From Bacteroidales bacterium (GTDB lineage Bacteria; Bacteroidota; Bacteroidia; Bacteroidales; F082), in NCBI GenBank assembly GCA_018400955.1, contig JAGYLH010000004.1, forward strand, positions 3,350-67,349: a stretch of 64,000 bases of DNA, written 5' to 3'. Below, piece by piece: positions 37,118-48,108 of this stretch; position 1 is the stretch's first letter; the number at the start of each line of letters is the position of its first letter. A program made the translations under genes and the position numbers. The notes under the pieces were generated by a model that saw only the letters and a list, made by a program, of their open reading frames with translations, was not told the origin of the DNA and made no database searches.

Positions 37118-39061
37118 TTGATTCCTCCCCACACCATATCCAGCGTATTGGAAACTGCCCGTATTGAGGAAGTTGTGTCCGACTTTGTGAGCCTGAAACG
37201 TCGTGGCAGCAACCTTATCGGACTGTGCCCTTTTCATCAGGAAAAAACACCTTCGTTTTCGGTTTCGCCATCAAAAGGCATCTTTAAATGTTTCGGTTGT
37301 GGCAAAGGTGGCGATGCAGCCAAATTTGTGATGGAGCATGAGCACTATTCCTATCCGGAAGCCATACGTTACCTGGCCAAAAAATACAATATCGAAATTG
37401 AGGAACGTGAGCAAACGCCCGAAGAAATTGTAGCCATGAACGAGCGCGAACGCATGTTCAACCTCAACGATTTTGCCGGCAAATATTATGCCTCCACCCT
37501 ACTCGAAACCAATGAGGGACGTTCGATTGGGTTAAGTTATTTCAAAGGGCGCGATTTCAGGGAAAGCACCATCCAAAAATTTATGCTGGGCTATTCCTTC
37601 GAACGTCGGGATGCCTTCTGTCAGCATGCTTTGCAAAATGGTTACAGCGAAGAAATATTACTGAAGACAGGCCTGGCCATCAGCCACGACAACAAACTAT
37701 TCGACCGCTTTTTTGCACGGGTAATCTTCCCCATCCATAACCTTACAGGAAAAATAATTGGCTTTGGCGGCCGCATCCTGGATCAAACCAAGTCAAAGGC
37801 CAAATACCTGAATTCGCCTGAGTCAGAGATATACATCAAAAGCAAATCGTTGTATGGTATTTTTTATGCAAAAAATGCCATTGCCAAATCCGACAATTGT
37901 TTATTGGTTGAGGGCTATACCGATGTGATCAGCATGCATCAGGCGGGCATTGAAAATGTAGTAGCAAGCTCGGGAACTTCACTTACGGTGGATCAAATCC
38001 GTATGATTAAGCGCTACACCGACAACATCACCATTTTGTTTGATGGCGACAAAGCCGGCATTGCCGCTTCTTTACGGGGCATCGACCTGATCCTGGAAGA
38101 GGGGATGAATGTGCGGGTAGTGCTTTTTCCTGATGGCAGCGACCCGGACAGTTTCGTACGGGAGCACCGCACAACAGAAGTTGAAGAATTTATCAGCAAC
38201 CAAAGCAAGGATTTTATCAGCTTTAAAACAGGCCTATTGCTTGAAGAGGCTGAAAATGATCCCATTAAAAAAGCGGGCCTGGTTAAGGAAATTGTACAAA
38301 CCATCGCCCTGATCCCCGATGCAATTTACCGTTCGGTGTATGTGAAAACGTGCAGCAAAATGCTGGATGTGGAAGAGCTTACCCTGATGAATGAGCTCAA
38401 CAAGTTGTTGCGTGGCAAATTGCGCAAACAGCTTGGTTCAGACCTGCCGCAGCCACCGGTTGAATCACCCGAACAGCCCAGGGAGGCACCAAAGCCTGAG
38501 TTCCCTGCTGGATACCATCAGGAACGCGAGCTTATCAAATTGTTGCTGCATTATGGCCGGGAGGAATTGTTGCAGGACACAACCGACGAGCAAGGCTATC
38601 CTGCTGTTTACCGCGAAACAGTTGTAAAAAACATCCTGGATGAATTGGCTGTTGATAAGCTTGAGTTTGACCACCCTACCCATCGCAAAATCCTGCTCAT
38701 ATTCAAGGAAAATCTTGAAAAAGAAGAAGTTCCTAACGAAAAACACTTCACCTCCCATCCTGAGCCGGATATTTCAACTTTGGCCGTTGATGTACTTTCC
38801 GATCGTTATGAATTGAGCAAGAATTGGGAAAAGCATAAAATCTTCGTTAAAACGGAAAAAGAAGACCTGAAACAAAGTATTGATCGGGCTCTTTTAACCT
38901 ACAGGCGGGTAGTGCTTGAGGCAAAATTGCCCCTTATTGCTCAGGCTATCAAAGAGGCAGGCAATGATGATGATATTGCTATACTGCTTCACCAATACCA
39001 GGAAATGAAGAACCTTCAGATAAAGATCAGCAAAATACCGGGGATTGTAATTACCAAGTAA
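37118..39061 (+). CDS. dnaG: DNA primase
   Basis: Zinc-ribbon CPFHQEKTPSFSVSPSKGIFKCFGCGKGGD, RNA-polymerase core, TOPRIM LVEGYTDVISMHQAG ... LFDGDKAGIAA. TTG start at 37118, with no in-frame ATG upstream. Confidence 0.92.
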   Translation: MIPPHTISSVLETARIEEVVSDFVSLKRRGSNLIGLCPFHQEKTPSFSVSPSKGIFKCFGCGKGGDAAKFVMEHEHYSYPEAIRYLAKKYNIEIEEREQTPEEIVAMNERERMFNLNDFAGKYYASTLLETNEGRSIGLSYFKGRDFRESTIQKFMLGYSFERRDAFCQHALQNGYSEEILLKTGLAISHDNKLFDRFFARVIFPIHNLTGKIIGFGGRILDQTKSKAKYLNSPESEIYIKSKSLYGIFYAKNAIAKSDNCLLVEGYTDVISMHQAGIENVVASSGTSLTVDQIRMIKRYTDNITILFDGDKAGIAASLRGIDLILEEGMNVRVVLFPDGSDPDSFVREHRTTEVEEFISNQSKDFISFKTGLLLEEAENDPIKKAGLVKEIVQTIALIPDAIYRSVYVKTCSKMLDVEELTLMNELNKLLRGKLRKQLGSDLPQPPVESPEQPREAPKPEFPAGYHQERELIKLLLHYGREELLQDTTDEQGYPAVYRETVVKNILDELAVDKLEFDHPTHRKILLIFKENLEKEEVPNEKHFTSHPEPDISTLAVDVLSDRYELSKNWEKHKIFVKTEKEDLKQSIDRALLTYRRVVLEAKLPLIAQAIKEAGNDDDIAILLHQYQEMKNLQIKISKIPGIVITK

Positions 39062-39248
39062 TCAATCGCGATTTTTTTGAGGGGTTTTAGTATATATATT
39101 CTGTAGTAACATCCTGTTTATTAATTAAATATTCCTGGTTCAAAATAAATCATTTTTTTAAAGTTCCTGTTTTACCTTTTTTGAAAAAGGCCTGCCACAC
39201 CCCATCAAAAATATTATGCCCTGAAATCCGTTATTGACTTCCCTTGCC

Positions 39249-39256
39249 TACTTTTG
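39249..39256 (+). promoter_or_regulatory. Candidate -7 box (TACTTTTG) for the 39274 / LRR gene pair
   Basis: Matches TAnnTTTG, 17 nt upstream of ATG 39274. Confidence 0.35.
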
Positions 39257-39273
39257 CATCTGAAAACTTTAAC

Positions 39274-40110
39274 ATGAAAAAAATAAAATTATTACTGATA
39301 TTGATCATTTTTGCCTGTTGCCCGGCTTTTGCGCAAACAGGCACAGTTGGCACCTTTCAGGTGGACGAGCGCGAACTGTATGCCATGACCAAGCAGGTAA
39401 GCCAGTTTTTTAGCCGTTTCAATTACGAGGAAGATCAATTTGGCAAAAAATACCATCCCGAAAGTTTAGAATATCGCAACAGCGAAAAACGGCGACAGTT
39501 GTTGCCGATGTTGTTTGATCAGCAAAACCAGCGCACTTCCAGCACCTTGCGCGATTTTTTTATTGATGACCTAACACTTGACGGGGACGAATCCTATCTG
39601 GAGTTTCTGAACGGACGCTGGTATGCCGAACTCGCAGCCAAGTTTGTGCACGAAGGGCGCGAGGTGGACATCATCCTGTTTCTTGCTGTGGAAAAGGAAA
39701 ACTTAGGCTCTAAATGGGTACTGACCAATGTGTATTACCCGGCTTTCAGCCGCATGTTTCCCAAAGGGGAAATGGCCGAACGCGAAAAACATTTTCTGCA
39801 CCCCATGAGCCATGAGTTGGATTTTATGAATATCCATAAAGCTTTCGGCAGTCCGCAGCTGATAGACTACTATGCACACAAAGGTTTTTCGCCCGATCAG
39901 CTCAGCCTTTTTTTTTATGAAGTAAAAAAAGGGAGGCTAACATTTAAATCCGTTGATCAACTTAAATTCCATATCTTTCAGGTCGATAATTGGTATTTTG
40001 AAGTATCGTACTTCAATCGCAGTGGTATGAACTCCGGTTGGCTGATTTCAAATTTAATGTATATGACCGAACAGGAAAAAACAACAGTCATCAATTTTTA
40101 CGAACCATGA
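39274..40110 (+). CDS. Secreted hypothetical protein, translationally coupled to the LRR gene
   Basis: ATG 39274 gives the signal peptide MKKIKLLLILIIFACCPAFAQ. The stop TGA overlaps the next ATG (ATGA at 40107-40110). Confidence 0.6.
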   Translation: MKKIKLLLILIIFACCPAFAQTGTVGTFQVDERELYAMTKQVSQFFSRFNYEEDQFGKKYHPESLEYRNSEKRRQLLPMLFDQQNQRTSSTLRDFFIDDLTLDGDESYLEFLNGRWYAELAAKFVHEGREVDIILFLAVEKENLGSKWVLTNVYYPAFSRMFPKGEMAEREKHFLHPMSHELDFMNIHKAFGSPQLIDYYAHKGFSPDQLSLFFYEVKKGRLTFKSVDQLKFHIFQVDNWYFEVSYFNRSGMNSGWLISNLMYMTEQEKTTVINFYEP

Positions 40111-42761
40111 GAAATTCGCTACACAATTTATTGATTGCTGTAAGTTTATTGATTTCGAATAACATAGCCTCTCAGCAAACCCAGTTACCTGCGTCCGAAA
40201 TGGAAGACTACAGCCGTCAAACGGAGCAGCTTGTAGAATTTCTTCAGGAAACACTGAACTTTATTGGCCAGCCAGAGGCAACGGTCCAGGAAAAGGAAAT
40301 CATCATCAACGAGAGTTATTTGAAGTTTTTTCAGGATACACAGGTGCAAATTGAGGACGACCTGGACGAAAACCGTGAGATACCTATAAACAAAGACGTT
40401 CAGGCTTATCTTAAAGATGTGGATTTCTTTTTCAGGCAAGTGCATTTTACATTTGAAATTGAGAAAATTGATCAAATGGTCAGCCAATCCGGTGATTTGT
40501 TCTTCCGGGTTGAGCTCAATCGTGGACTCAAGGGCATTACATTGAAAGGTGATTCTGTAAACAACCGGCAAAAGCGGTTTATGGAAATCAACCTGGACCC
40601 CTTTCGCAAAGAACTGAAAATTGCCAGCATTTATACTTCTGGCCTCAACGAGCGCGAAGAACTCCGCAATTGGTGGAATACCATGCCAATGGCCTGGAAA
40701 CGGTATTTTGGCGATGAGGTGATGCTTGATGATACACTTTCATTTGCCCGTTTGTTCAGCCTTACCCCTGATGCTGTGATCGTTATGCGCCCAACAAAAA
40801 TGATCCGCAGGGATACCGTGATGGTTATGGGTGCCGACACCTTAACATTGGCCTATCAACATTTGCTCCACGGAAGGCCACCCGACACACTCCTTTTCAG
40901 GGCGGATACCCTCAATGTGTTTTTGCCGGATACCCTTGTATCGGATATGTCGCAGGTGCATACCATTTTGAGGCGGTTTACAAAAAAAACGGAAGTCAAT
41001 ATTTCTTATAAACAGCAGTTCAAGTCACTCGAACCCCTGGCACAACTAACAGATTTGCGGATTGTTGATTTTTCCCACACATCCATCCATGACCTGTTGC
41101 CCCTGCGCAACCTGAACCAACTGGATGCCATTTATATGTCGGGCAGTTCGGTGAAAAACCTTACGCCATTGCGCTATTCTGTAAACATCAAGGAAATTTA
41201 TTGCTTCGATACTCCGGTTGATGACCTGAGCCCCTTGTCGGCATTCAGGAAACTCGAAAAACTGTATTGTTTCAATACCGCTGTTACTTCATTGGAACCT
41301 TTGCGCAATTTGCCGGAACTGATTGCCTTGCGTATTGGAAATACCAAGGTTAGCAGTCTGGAGCCGCTTTCAAACCTGCTCAAATTGCGCCTGCTTGATG
41401 TGAGCAAAACAGCCATTTCCGACCTTTCCCCATTGGCAAATCTTAAAGAATTGCAAATGCTCGCATTTGATGAAACAAAAGTTTCATCGCTTAAACCTTT
41501 GCGCGATTTAGCAGCCCTTTCAATTATACAGTTCAGCAAAACATCTGTGAGCAACCTGGCACCACTTGATGGGAAAAGCATCTCCAGAAAAATCTATTGT
41601 GACAATACTGGCGTTAGCAGCGAAATGGCCATTCGCTTTATGCGCAACAACCAGGGCAGCCTCGTAATTTTTGAAACAGAGGAATTGTCAGCCTGGTGGA
41701 ATAGTTTGCCAATCTATTGGAAAGCCCTGCTTAGCGAGCAAACAGGAAAACCCCAAAATCCGGGAACGGAGGATTTGCATGAAATTATCAATATAAACCG
41801 TCTCGACTTATCGGGCAACCGTTTTTTGCAAAACCTGCAGCCCGTGGGACGGCTTGCCAACCTGAATTATCTTTCGCTGCGGCAAACCGAAATCGTTGAC
41901 CTGACCCCATTGATAGGGCTGAGTGGCTTGACTGAGCTCGACCTGAGCGATACACGCATAAGCGATCTGAGCCCCTTAAACAGTCTGATTAGCTTAGAGC
42001 AACTGAATATTGAGGGGACAAGGGTCGAAAACCTCGAACCTCTTGCTAATCTTTCGGGACTGCGCTTGGTTTATGCTGACAAAAGCAGGGTTAGCAGGGT
42101 GGCTGTGGAACGTTTAAAATCGTCTATTCCCAATGCCCTCGTGATATTTCAAACAGGGGAACTGGATCTGTGGTGGAAAAATTTGCCCGATATGTGGCGT
42201 GATGTTTTTGAATCATATGTGCCAATAGACACAAATCCCACACCAATGCAATTGCTAAGAATTACTGAGCTGCGCGACATCGAATTGGAGGGTATTCAAT
42301 TCAACTCACTGGAGCCCTTGCGCAAATTGCCGTTCCTCGAAAAACTGGTGTTTGGCCCCACAAGCATAAGCGACCTGCATCCACTATCGGGGAGCAAGAA
42401 GCTAAAACATCTTGAGCTGCCAAACAACCCGATTAGCAATCTAAAACCATTGAGCTCCCTCATTAAACTTGAAGTTTTAAACATTGAAAATACGCCTGTT
42501 TCGGATATATCAGCAATCAGTCAACACACTACATTGCGCATGTTGAATATCTCTGGTACGCAATTACGTAACCTGAAAGAACTTTCAAATTTAACTGCCC
42601 TCGAAGACCTGTCATGCTACAACACACGCATCCGCAACACGAGCCCTATCGAAAACCTACCGGCGTTAAAATATGTAAAATGTTACAATACAAGGATTTC
42701 ATCACGAAGCATTCAAGATTGGCGCAATAATAGGCCCGATCTGAACATCCTTTATTATTAA
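40107..42761 (+). CDS. Leucine-rich-repeat protein (internalin-like 22-residue LRRs in three blocks)
   Basis: Signal peptide MRNSLHNLLIAVSLLISNNIASQ. Dozens of LxPLxxLxxLxxLxxxxTxIxD repeats (e.g. LEPLSNLLKLRLLDVSKTAISDLSPLANLKELQML). Confidence 0.8.
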   Translation: MRNSLHNLLIAVSLLISNNIASQQTQLPASEMEDYSRQTEQLVEFLQETLNFIGQPEATVQEKEIIINESYLKFFQDTQVQIEDDLDENREIPINKDVQAYLKDVDFFFRQVHFTFEIEKIDQMVSQSGDLFFRVELNRGLKGITLKGDSVNNRQKRFMEINLDPFRKELKIASIYTSGLNEREELRNWWNTMPMAWKRYFGDEVMLDDTLSFARLFSLTPDAVIVMRPTKMIRRDTVMVMGADTLTLAYQHLLHGRPPDTLLFRADTLNVFLPDTLVSDMSQVHTILRRFTKKTEVNISYKQQFKSLEPLAQLTDLRIVDFSHTSIHDLLPLRNLNQLDAIYMSGSSVKNLTPLRYSVNIKEIYCFDTPVDDLSPLSAFRKLEKLYCFNTAVTSLEPLRNLPELIALRIGNTKVSSLEPLSNLLKLRLLDVSKTAISDLSPLANLKELQMLAFDETKVSSLKPLRDLAALSIIQFSKTSVSNLAPLDGKSISRKIYCDNTGVSSEMAIRFMRNNQGSLVIFETEELSAWWNSLPIYWKALLSEQTGKPQNPGTEDLHEIININRLDLSGNRFLQNLQPVGRLANLNYLSLRQTEIVDLTPLIGLSGLTELDLSDTRISDLSPLNSLISLEQLNIEGTRVENLEPLANLSGLRLVYADKSRVSRVAVERLKSSIPNALVIFQTGELDLWWKNLPDMWRDVFESYVPIDTNPTPMQLLRITELRDIELEGIQFNSLEPLRKLPFLEKLVFGPTSISDLHPLSGSKKLKHLELPNNPISNLKPLSSLIKLEVLNIENTPVSDISAISQHTTLRMLNISGTQLRNLKELSNLTALEDLSCYNTRIRNTSPIENLPALKYVKCYNTRISSRSIQDWRNNRPDLNILYY

Positions 42762-42895
42762 ATACCTCGGTTAAAAAAACAGCAAGACAGGCTTTAAACT
42801 ATTTGTGGTACATAATTACTTGTTTAAACTGAATCTAAATTACGCGTTTAAACTTGTTGATGTTAAGAAAAACGTGTTAATAACTCCTAAAAGCC

Positions 42896-42903
42896 TATTT
42901 TTG
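42896..42903 (+). promoter_or_regulatory. Candidate -7 box (TATTTTTG) for small ORF 42922
   Basis: Matches TAnnTTTG, 18 nt upstream of ATG 42922. Confidence 0.3.
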
Positions 42904-42921
42904 CAAAAAAATTGTCGGTTT

Positions 42922-43275
42922 ATGTTTTTCTTTGGGCCATTATCAACACATTTACCCTACATCCTTTTAGGTGTGGTGTATCTGGCGTCGGTTTCCTTCT
43001 ATTCGCTGAAGGTGATGGCCGCCGAAGGCCCCGAAGACAACCCACATGAACTCACCCACTTTGTTGACAATAGCGAAACCGATGCAGATGACACCCTCCT
43101 TGTTATTGAAAATCTAAATCAGGGGTATAACGATTGTGCATTCGAAGAAGCCAAAAGCAGCCTGTCTTTTCCACTGCTTTCAACCCGATTAAGGGGCAGT
43201 CCGGGACATTTAATGTTTTCGGATTTTTACGACTTCAACAGTTTTGGCAGACCACCTCCACAACCTCTTTCTTAA
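42922..43275 (+). CDS. Small hypothetical membrane-anchored protein
   Basis: The internal ATG 42922 of ORF 42805..43275 gives 117 aa with one N-terminal hydrophobic helix (LPYILLGVVYLASVSFYSL) and an acidic tail. Only the promoter-like box supports it. Confidence 0.35.
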   Translation: MFFFGPLSTHLPYILLGVVYLASVSFYSLKVMAAEGPEDNPHELTHFVDNSETDADDTLLVIENLNQGYNDCAFEEAKSSLSFPLLSTRLRGSPGHLMFSDFYDFNSFGRPPPQPLS

Positions 43276-43422
43276 AATTATAACCCCCCAAGTGAAATAG
43301 TCTTGTGCTGTTTTTAATGGAGGTATTATAACCCGATTGTATGCCTGACAAAGCCATAACATAATATGGTGTCAGCGCCTTTTCAATTATATATAGCCAA
43401 AACCTGAAATAATTTTTTAGAA

Positions 43423-45524
43423 ATGAAAATAAATCATCTCATTGTTTTAATGTTTGCATTTGTGATTACTTCCGCAAACATGCAAATTCAATCGCAACAT
43501 ATCGTCATGATGGACGATTCTTTGCATATGCCCAGTATATTTCTTGATGAAATTACCATTAGGGCTCCCAAACAAGCCATGACGCTGCGTGAACTTCCGG
43601 CTTCTGCTTCTGTTGTATCAGCGCGTGCTATTGAACAAGCCGGCATCATGTCAGTGAAAGATATTACGGCTTACACACCAAACTTTTTTATGCCAGAATA
43701 TGGCAGCAAACTCACTTCACCGGTATATATCCGCGGCATTGGATCGCGCATCAACGAGCCTTCGGTTGGTATGTATGTTGATAATGTGCCATATTTCGAT
43801 AAGGCTGCTTTTGATTTCGACTTGTTTGATATCGAACGTATTGAAGTGCTCCGGGGCCTCAGGGCACCCTGTACGGACGCAATACCATGGGCGGCATCAT
43901 CAATATTATTACCCGCTCCCCCTTGGACTATCAAGGCACCAAAGCCTTACTTTCTGCCGGAAATTATGGTCGCTATCAAGCTGGAATCAGCCATTTTGCC
44001 AAACCAACAGATCAGTTTGGCTATTCACTTTCAGTTAATTACCAACAAACAGATGGTTATTTTACCAATGCCTTCAACAATGAGCAGGTTGATTTTGGAA
44101 ACAGCATCGGTATCCGCAACCGTTTGGTTTGGAAAATCAATGAAAGGCTTACGGCCGAAAACTCCCTGAGCCTGGAATACAGCCGGCAAGGGGGATATCC
44201 ATATGCTCTGGTTGATTCGCTCGACATCACCAGGGATGTAAATTATAACCACCCCTCCACCTACGACCGCAACCTGGTTTCGAATGGGCTTGTGTTCAAA
44301 TACAAAGCGAACCATTATGATGTGATTGCCACCACTTCCTATCAATATATTGATGGTTATCAAAATGTGGATCAAGACTTTACATCCGACTCGCTTTACC
44401 TGGCCACACAAACACAGATAGACAATATGCTTTCGCAGGAAATTGTGTTCAAATCTAAACCGAACAAGCGCTACGAATGGGTAAATGGTTTTTATGGCTT
44501 TTATCAGTTTTCGGATAAGGGCGTTCATGTGTTCGACCAGGTTAGGAAAGCGCAGATTATCCGCAATTATGATGAAGTAAAACAAGGTGTGGCTGTATTT
44601 CACCAAACTACCATGCACGACTTGTTTATCAACCGATTATCGGTAACTTTTGGGTTAAGGCTCGATGCCGAAAAAAATGAACTTACCTTCAGGAATGAAA
44701 CTTTGGTAGGCGGCAACAGTGTAGCCCTGACAGACACCCTGTTTCCGACCATGGATTTTATTGAGCTTTCGCCGAAAATTGCCTTAAAATATGATATCAA
44801 CAATTTCACCAATGTTTATGCATTGGTTTCAAAAGGCTATAAAACAGGCGGTTTCAATGCCATTCACGAACGCGACGAAGACCTGCAATTTGAAGCAGAG
44901 CACAGTTGGAATTATGAGGTGGGTTTGAAAACAGCTTTTATGCAGAACAGGATTCAGGCGGAAGCTTCCTTGTTTTACATTGACTGGAGCAATCAGCAAA
45001 TTTATCAACCGGTGCCCAGTGGTCGCGGGTCCATGCTGAAAAATGCCGGCGAATCGGTTAGTAAAGGTGCCGAGCTGAGTATGCGGGCCAATGTATTCCG
45101 CAATTTTAACGCCATACTTGCCTATGGATATACCGATGCACGTTTTGTAACGCATATTGTTGATTCAACTAAAAACTACAACGGCAATTATATTCCTTAT
45201 GTCCCGCGTCATACATTTTCGATGCAGCTTAGCCATGTGGTAGAATTGCCATCGCAATCCATCGCTGACCGCCTGAAATGGTCTGCTTTATACCGCGCTA
45301 TTGGCGAACATTATTGGAATGAACAAAACAGTCAGGCGCAATCTGCCTATGGCATGCTTGATTTGCGTATGGGTGTTGAGCGTGGAAAATTCAGCCTTGA
45401 GTTGTGGGCCAAAAATCTGCTTGCTTCCGAATACAATGCTTTTTATTTTGAAGCCATTGGCAACAGATATGCCCAAAAAGGCAAACCTATGCAATTTGGT
45501 GCTAACCTCATGCTGAAATTATAA
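43423..45524 (+). pseudogene. TonB-dependent receptor (iron-chelate type), single 1-nt frameshift
   Basis: Signal peptide. The plug (VYIRGIGSRINEPSVGMYVDNVPY, IERIEVLRG) continues as PQGTLYGRNTMGGIINIITRSP in the next frame. A C appears to be missing in the run at about 43857-43858. The barrel ends in ...FGANLMLKL. Confidence 0.8.
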
Positions 45525-46736
45525 TGGTTCCCGAAAAAAACTGGCATAAATTTCCTGTACTGTTCAGTTTATATATTGCACAGTCGATCCCGATGAGTTT
45601 TTTCTCAACGGTGGTACCAGTTATTATGCGGCAGGAAAGTTATTCGCTGGAGTCGATTGGTCTGTTGCAGCTTATTAAATTGCCCTGGATATTGAAATTT
45701 CTGTGGGCACCTTTTATCGACAACCAGACAAAATCAACCAGGCAAATACGCCGCTGGATTTTTGGTTCGGAAATCTTTTATGCCATAATCATTTTGCATA
45801 TCGGTTTTTTTAATCTTCAAACAGATTTCACGCTGATTATTTCATTGATGATATTGGCTTTCATCGCTTCTGCCACGCAGGATATTGCTGTTGATATCTA
45901 TGCAATTTTTGTGCTCAGGAAGGATGAAAGGGCTTTGGGTAACAGCATGCAATCAGCAGGCAGCTTCGTTGGTTCCTTAATTGGAACCGGCGTGCTGCTG
46001 ATTGTATATTACTACTTTGGCTGGCGCAACCTGCTTATTTTACTTGCTGCTTTTGTGGCTTTTGCCATCGTGCCATTGCTGCTTTACCGCAAAAAACTTT
46101 CGGTGGATGACACAGTTAAGAAAAAAGTCTCGCTGAAGGATGTGTTCTATTTTTTCGCCTCCAAGGGAAGGCACAAGGATATTCTGGTGCTGGTTTTTTA
46201 TTATTCGGCATCATTGGAATATTGGCCATGCTCAAGCCCTATATGGTTGATTTGGGCTACAACGCCAAGGAAATTGGCTTTATGGCAGGTATTTTGGCAC
46301 AGCTGTAGCGGCGGGATGTGCATTTGCCGCCGGATGGGTGTTGAAAAAACTGGGCAGACATATCCCCATGTATTTGTTTTTAGGCTTGAGTTTTATCGCG
46401 GGGGCCTATTTTTGGATGCTTGCCCAAACAACGCCTTCCCTGTTCGCTCTTTATGCTGGAATTGCCATGTTGTGGGGTGCTTATGGGTTTTCCACAGTAG
46501 CCATTTATACCATTTCGATGGACAGGGTTCGGCCGGGACGCGAGGGTACCGACTTCACCTTGCAAATTGTGATTACGCACCTTAGCGGGTTGATTATTGC
46601 TGTTTTGAGCGGAAAGCTGGGCGATATGCTTGGCTATCAGGGCTTGTTTGGAATTGAAGCTTTGCTAAGCCTGTTTACATTTTTAATACTTTTATACGCA
46701 TTACCAAGACGAATTGCCCATGCTCGTAAGTCCTGA
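45524..46736 (+). pseudogene. MFS transporter of the AmpG / RhtX-FptX-like type, two 1-nt frameshifts
   Basis: N-terminus LYIAQSIPMSFFSTVVPVIMRQESYSLESIGLLQLIKLPWILKFLWAPFIDN is AmpG-like. The frame changes at T-run 46194-46199 and at GG 46296-46297. All three pieces are hydrophobic and contiguous. The ATG overlaps the receptor stop (TAATG). Confidence 0.7.
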
Positions 46737-48099
46737 ATTGATTGAAAAATACAATGTGCCTGTACCTCGCTATACCAGCTATCCGCCAGCCAATTATTTC
46801 AGCGATACATTTGGCCCGGATGATTATTTGTCGCTGATTGAAGCCTCGAACCAGGCCGAGCCTGCCCACCTTGCCTTTTATGTGCACATCCCTTTTTGTA
46901 AAAAAATCTGCCACTATTGTGGGTGCAACGCTTGTGCCCTTGGCAGTGCCAGTCAGGTAATGCCCTATCTGGAAGCTTTGAAAAAGGAAATTGACCTGGT
47001 GTGCAAACTGATTGACCCGGCACGCAAAATAGCACAAATCCATTATGGTGGCGGCACACCCAATGCTATTGATGTAAATTTTCTGAAAGAAATCAATGAA
47101 ATGTTTTTTGAGCGTTTTCAATGTATCGAAAAACCAGAAATTGCCATTGAGTGCCACCCTGCTTATCTTGATTTCAATTCAATTGACATACTCAAACAGG
47201 CTGGTTTCAACCGGTTTAGCCTTGGCATACAGGATTTTGACAACAAGGTATTGAAGCTGGTGAACCGTGAACCTTCGAAAATAGCTGTTGAAACACTTAT
47301 TGAAAAGCTAAAGGAAGGGGAAAAGCCGGCTGGGGTTAACCTTGATTTTATTTACGGCTTGCCCGGGCAAAGCGTGCAGTCCTTTGTCGAAACCATTCAA
47401 AAAGCGATCGAAATAAGGCCCGACAGATTGGTTACCTTTTCCTATGCCCATGTTCCCTGGTTAAAGAAAAACCAAATTATCCTTGAAAAAAGAGGCTTGC
47501 CGCATCCAGATGAAAAAATGAAGATGTTTTTGGCTGCCCATCAGATTTTAAAGAATGCAGGCTATACAGCCATTGGTTTAGACCATTATGTTTTGCCTGA
47601 TGACGAATTGAGCAAAGCACTGAACAACAACAAGCTGCATCGAAACTTCCAGGGCTATTGCACCCGCGAAACTACCGGTCAGGTGTATGCTTTTGGCGTA
47701 TCGTCCATCGGTCAGCTGGAAGGCGGGTACGCCCAGAATAGCAAAGACCTCAAAACGTATATCAATACACTCAAGCAGGGAGAACTGGCCACTGAAAAAG
47801 GCTATGCGCTGCGCGAAGATCAGAAAATAACGCGTGAAATCATTACCCATTTTATGTGCAACAAAGGAATAATCTGGAAGCAATTGGCTGATGAGTTGGC
47901 ACTTCCTGTTGATTTTCTGAAATCGCACGCCAACACTTCAAACAAAACATTTGAGGAGTTTGTTAATGATAAGCTGATGGTTTTTCATGAGGATTCCATA
48001 GAAGTGAGCGAAACCGGGGCATTGTTTATAAGGAATATCGCGGCAGCTTTGGATAAGGCCTATGATAAACAACTAAACATCTATTCAAAATCTGTTTAA
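46720..48099 (+). CDS. hemN: Oxygen-independent coproporphyrinogen III oxidase (radical SAM)
   Basis: YVHIPFCKKICHYCGCN (CxxxCxxC), HYGGGTPN, about 459 aa, typical of HemN rather than the shorter HemW. ATG 46720 is preferred over TTG 46714. It overlaps the MFS gene end by 17 nt. Confidence 0.88.
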   Translation: MLVSPELIEKYNVPVPRYTSYPPANYFSDTFGPDDYLSLIEASNQAEPAHLAFYVHIPFCKKICHYCGCNACALGSASQVMPYLEALKKEIDLVCKLIDPARKIAQIHYGGGTPNAIDVNFLKEINEMFFERFQCIEKPEIAIECHPAYLDFNSIDILKQAGFNRFSLGIQDFDNKVLKLVNREPSKIAVETLIEKLKEGEKPAGVNLDFIYGLPGQSVQSFVETIQKAIEIRPDRLVTFSYAHVPWLKKNQIILEKRGLPHPDEKMKMFLAAHQILKNAGYTAIGLDHYVLPDDELSKALNNNKLHRNFQGYCTRETTGQVYAFGVSSIGQLEGGYAQNSKDLKTYINTLKQGELATEKGYALREDQKITREIITHFMCNKGIIWKQLADELALPVDFLKSHANTSNKTFEEFVNDKLMVFHEDSIEVSETGALFIRNIAAALDKAYDKQLNIYSKSV

Positions 48100-48108
48100 A
48101 AAAAAGTA

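Noticed and set aside
43276-43422. Possible cobalamin or other riboswitch, or a Fur box, upstream of the TonB-dependent receptor.
   Set aside because: I could not find a B12-box-like core or a GATAATGATAATCATTATC-like palindrome by eye. Only the 10-bp direct repeat is reported, and at low interest.
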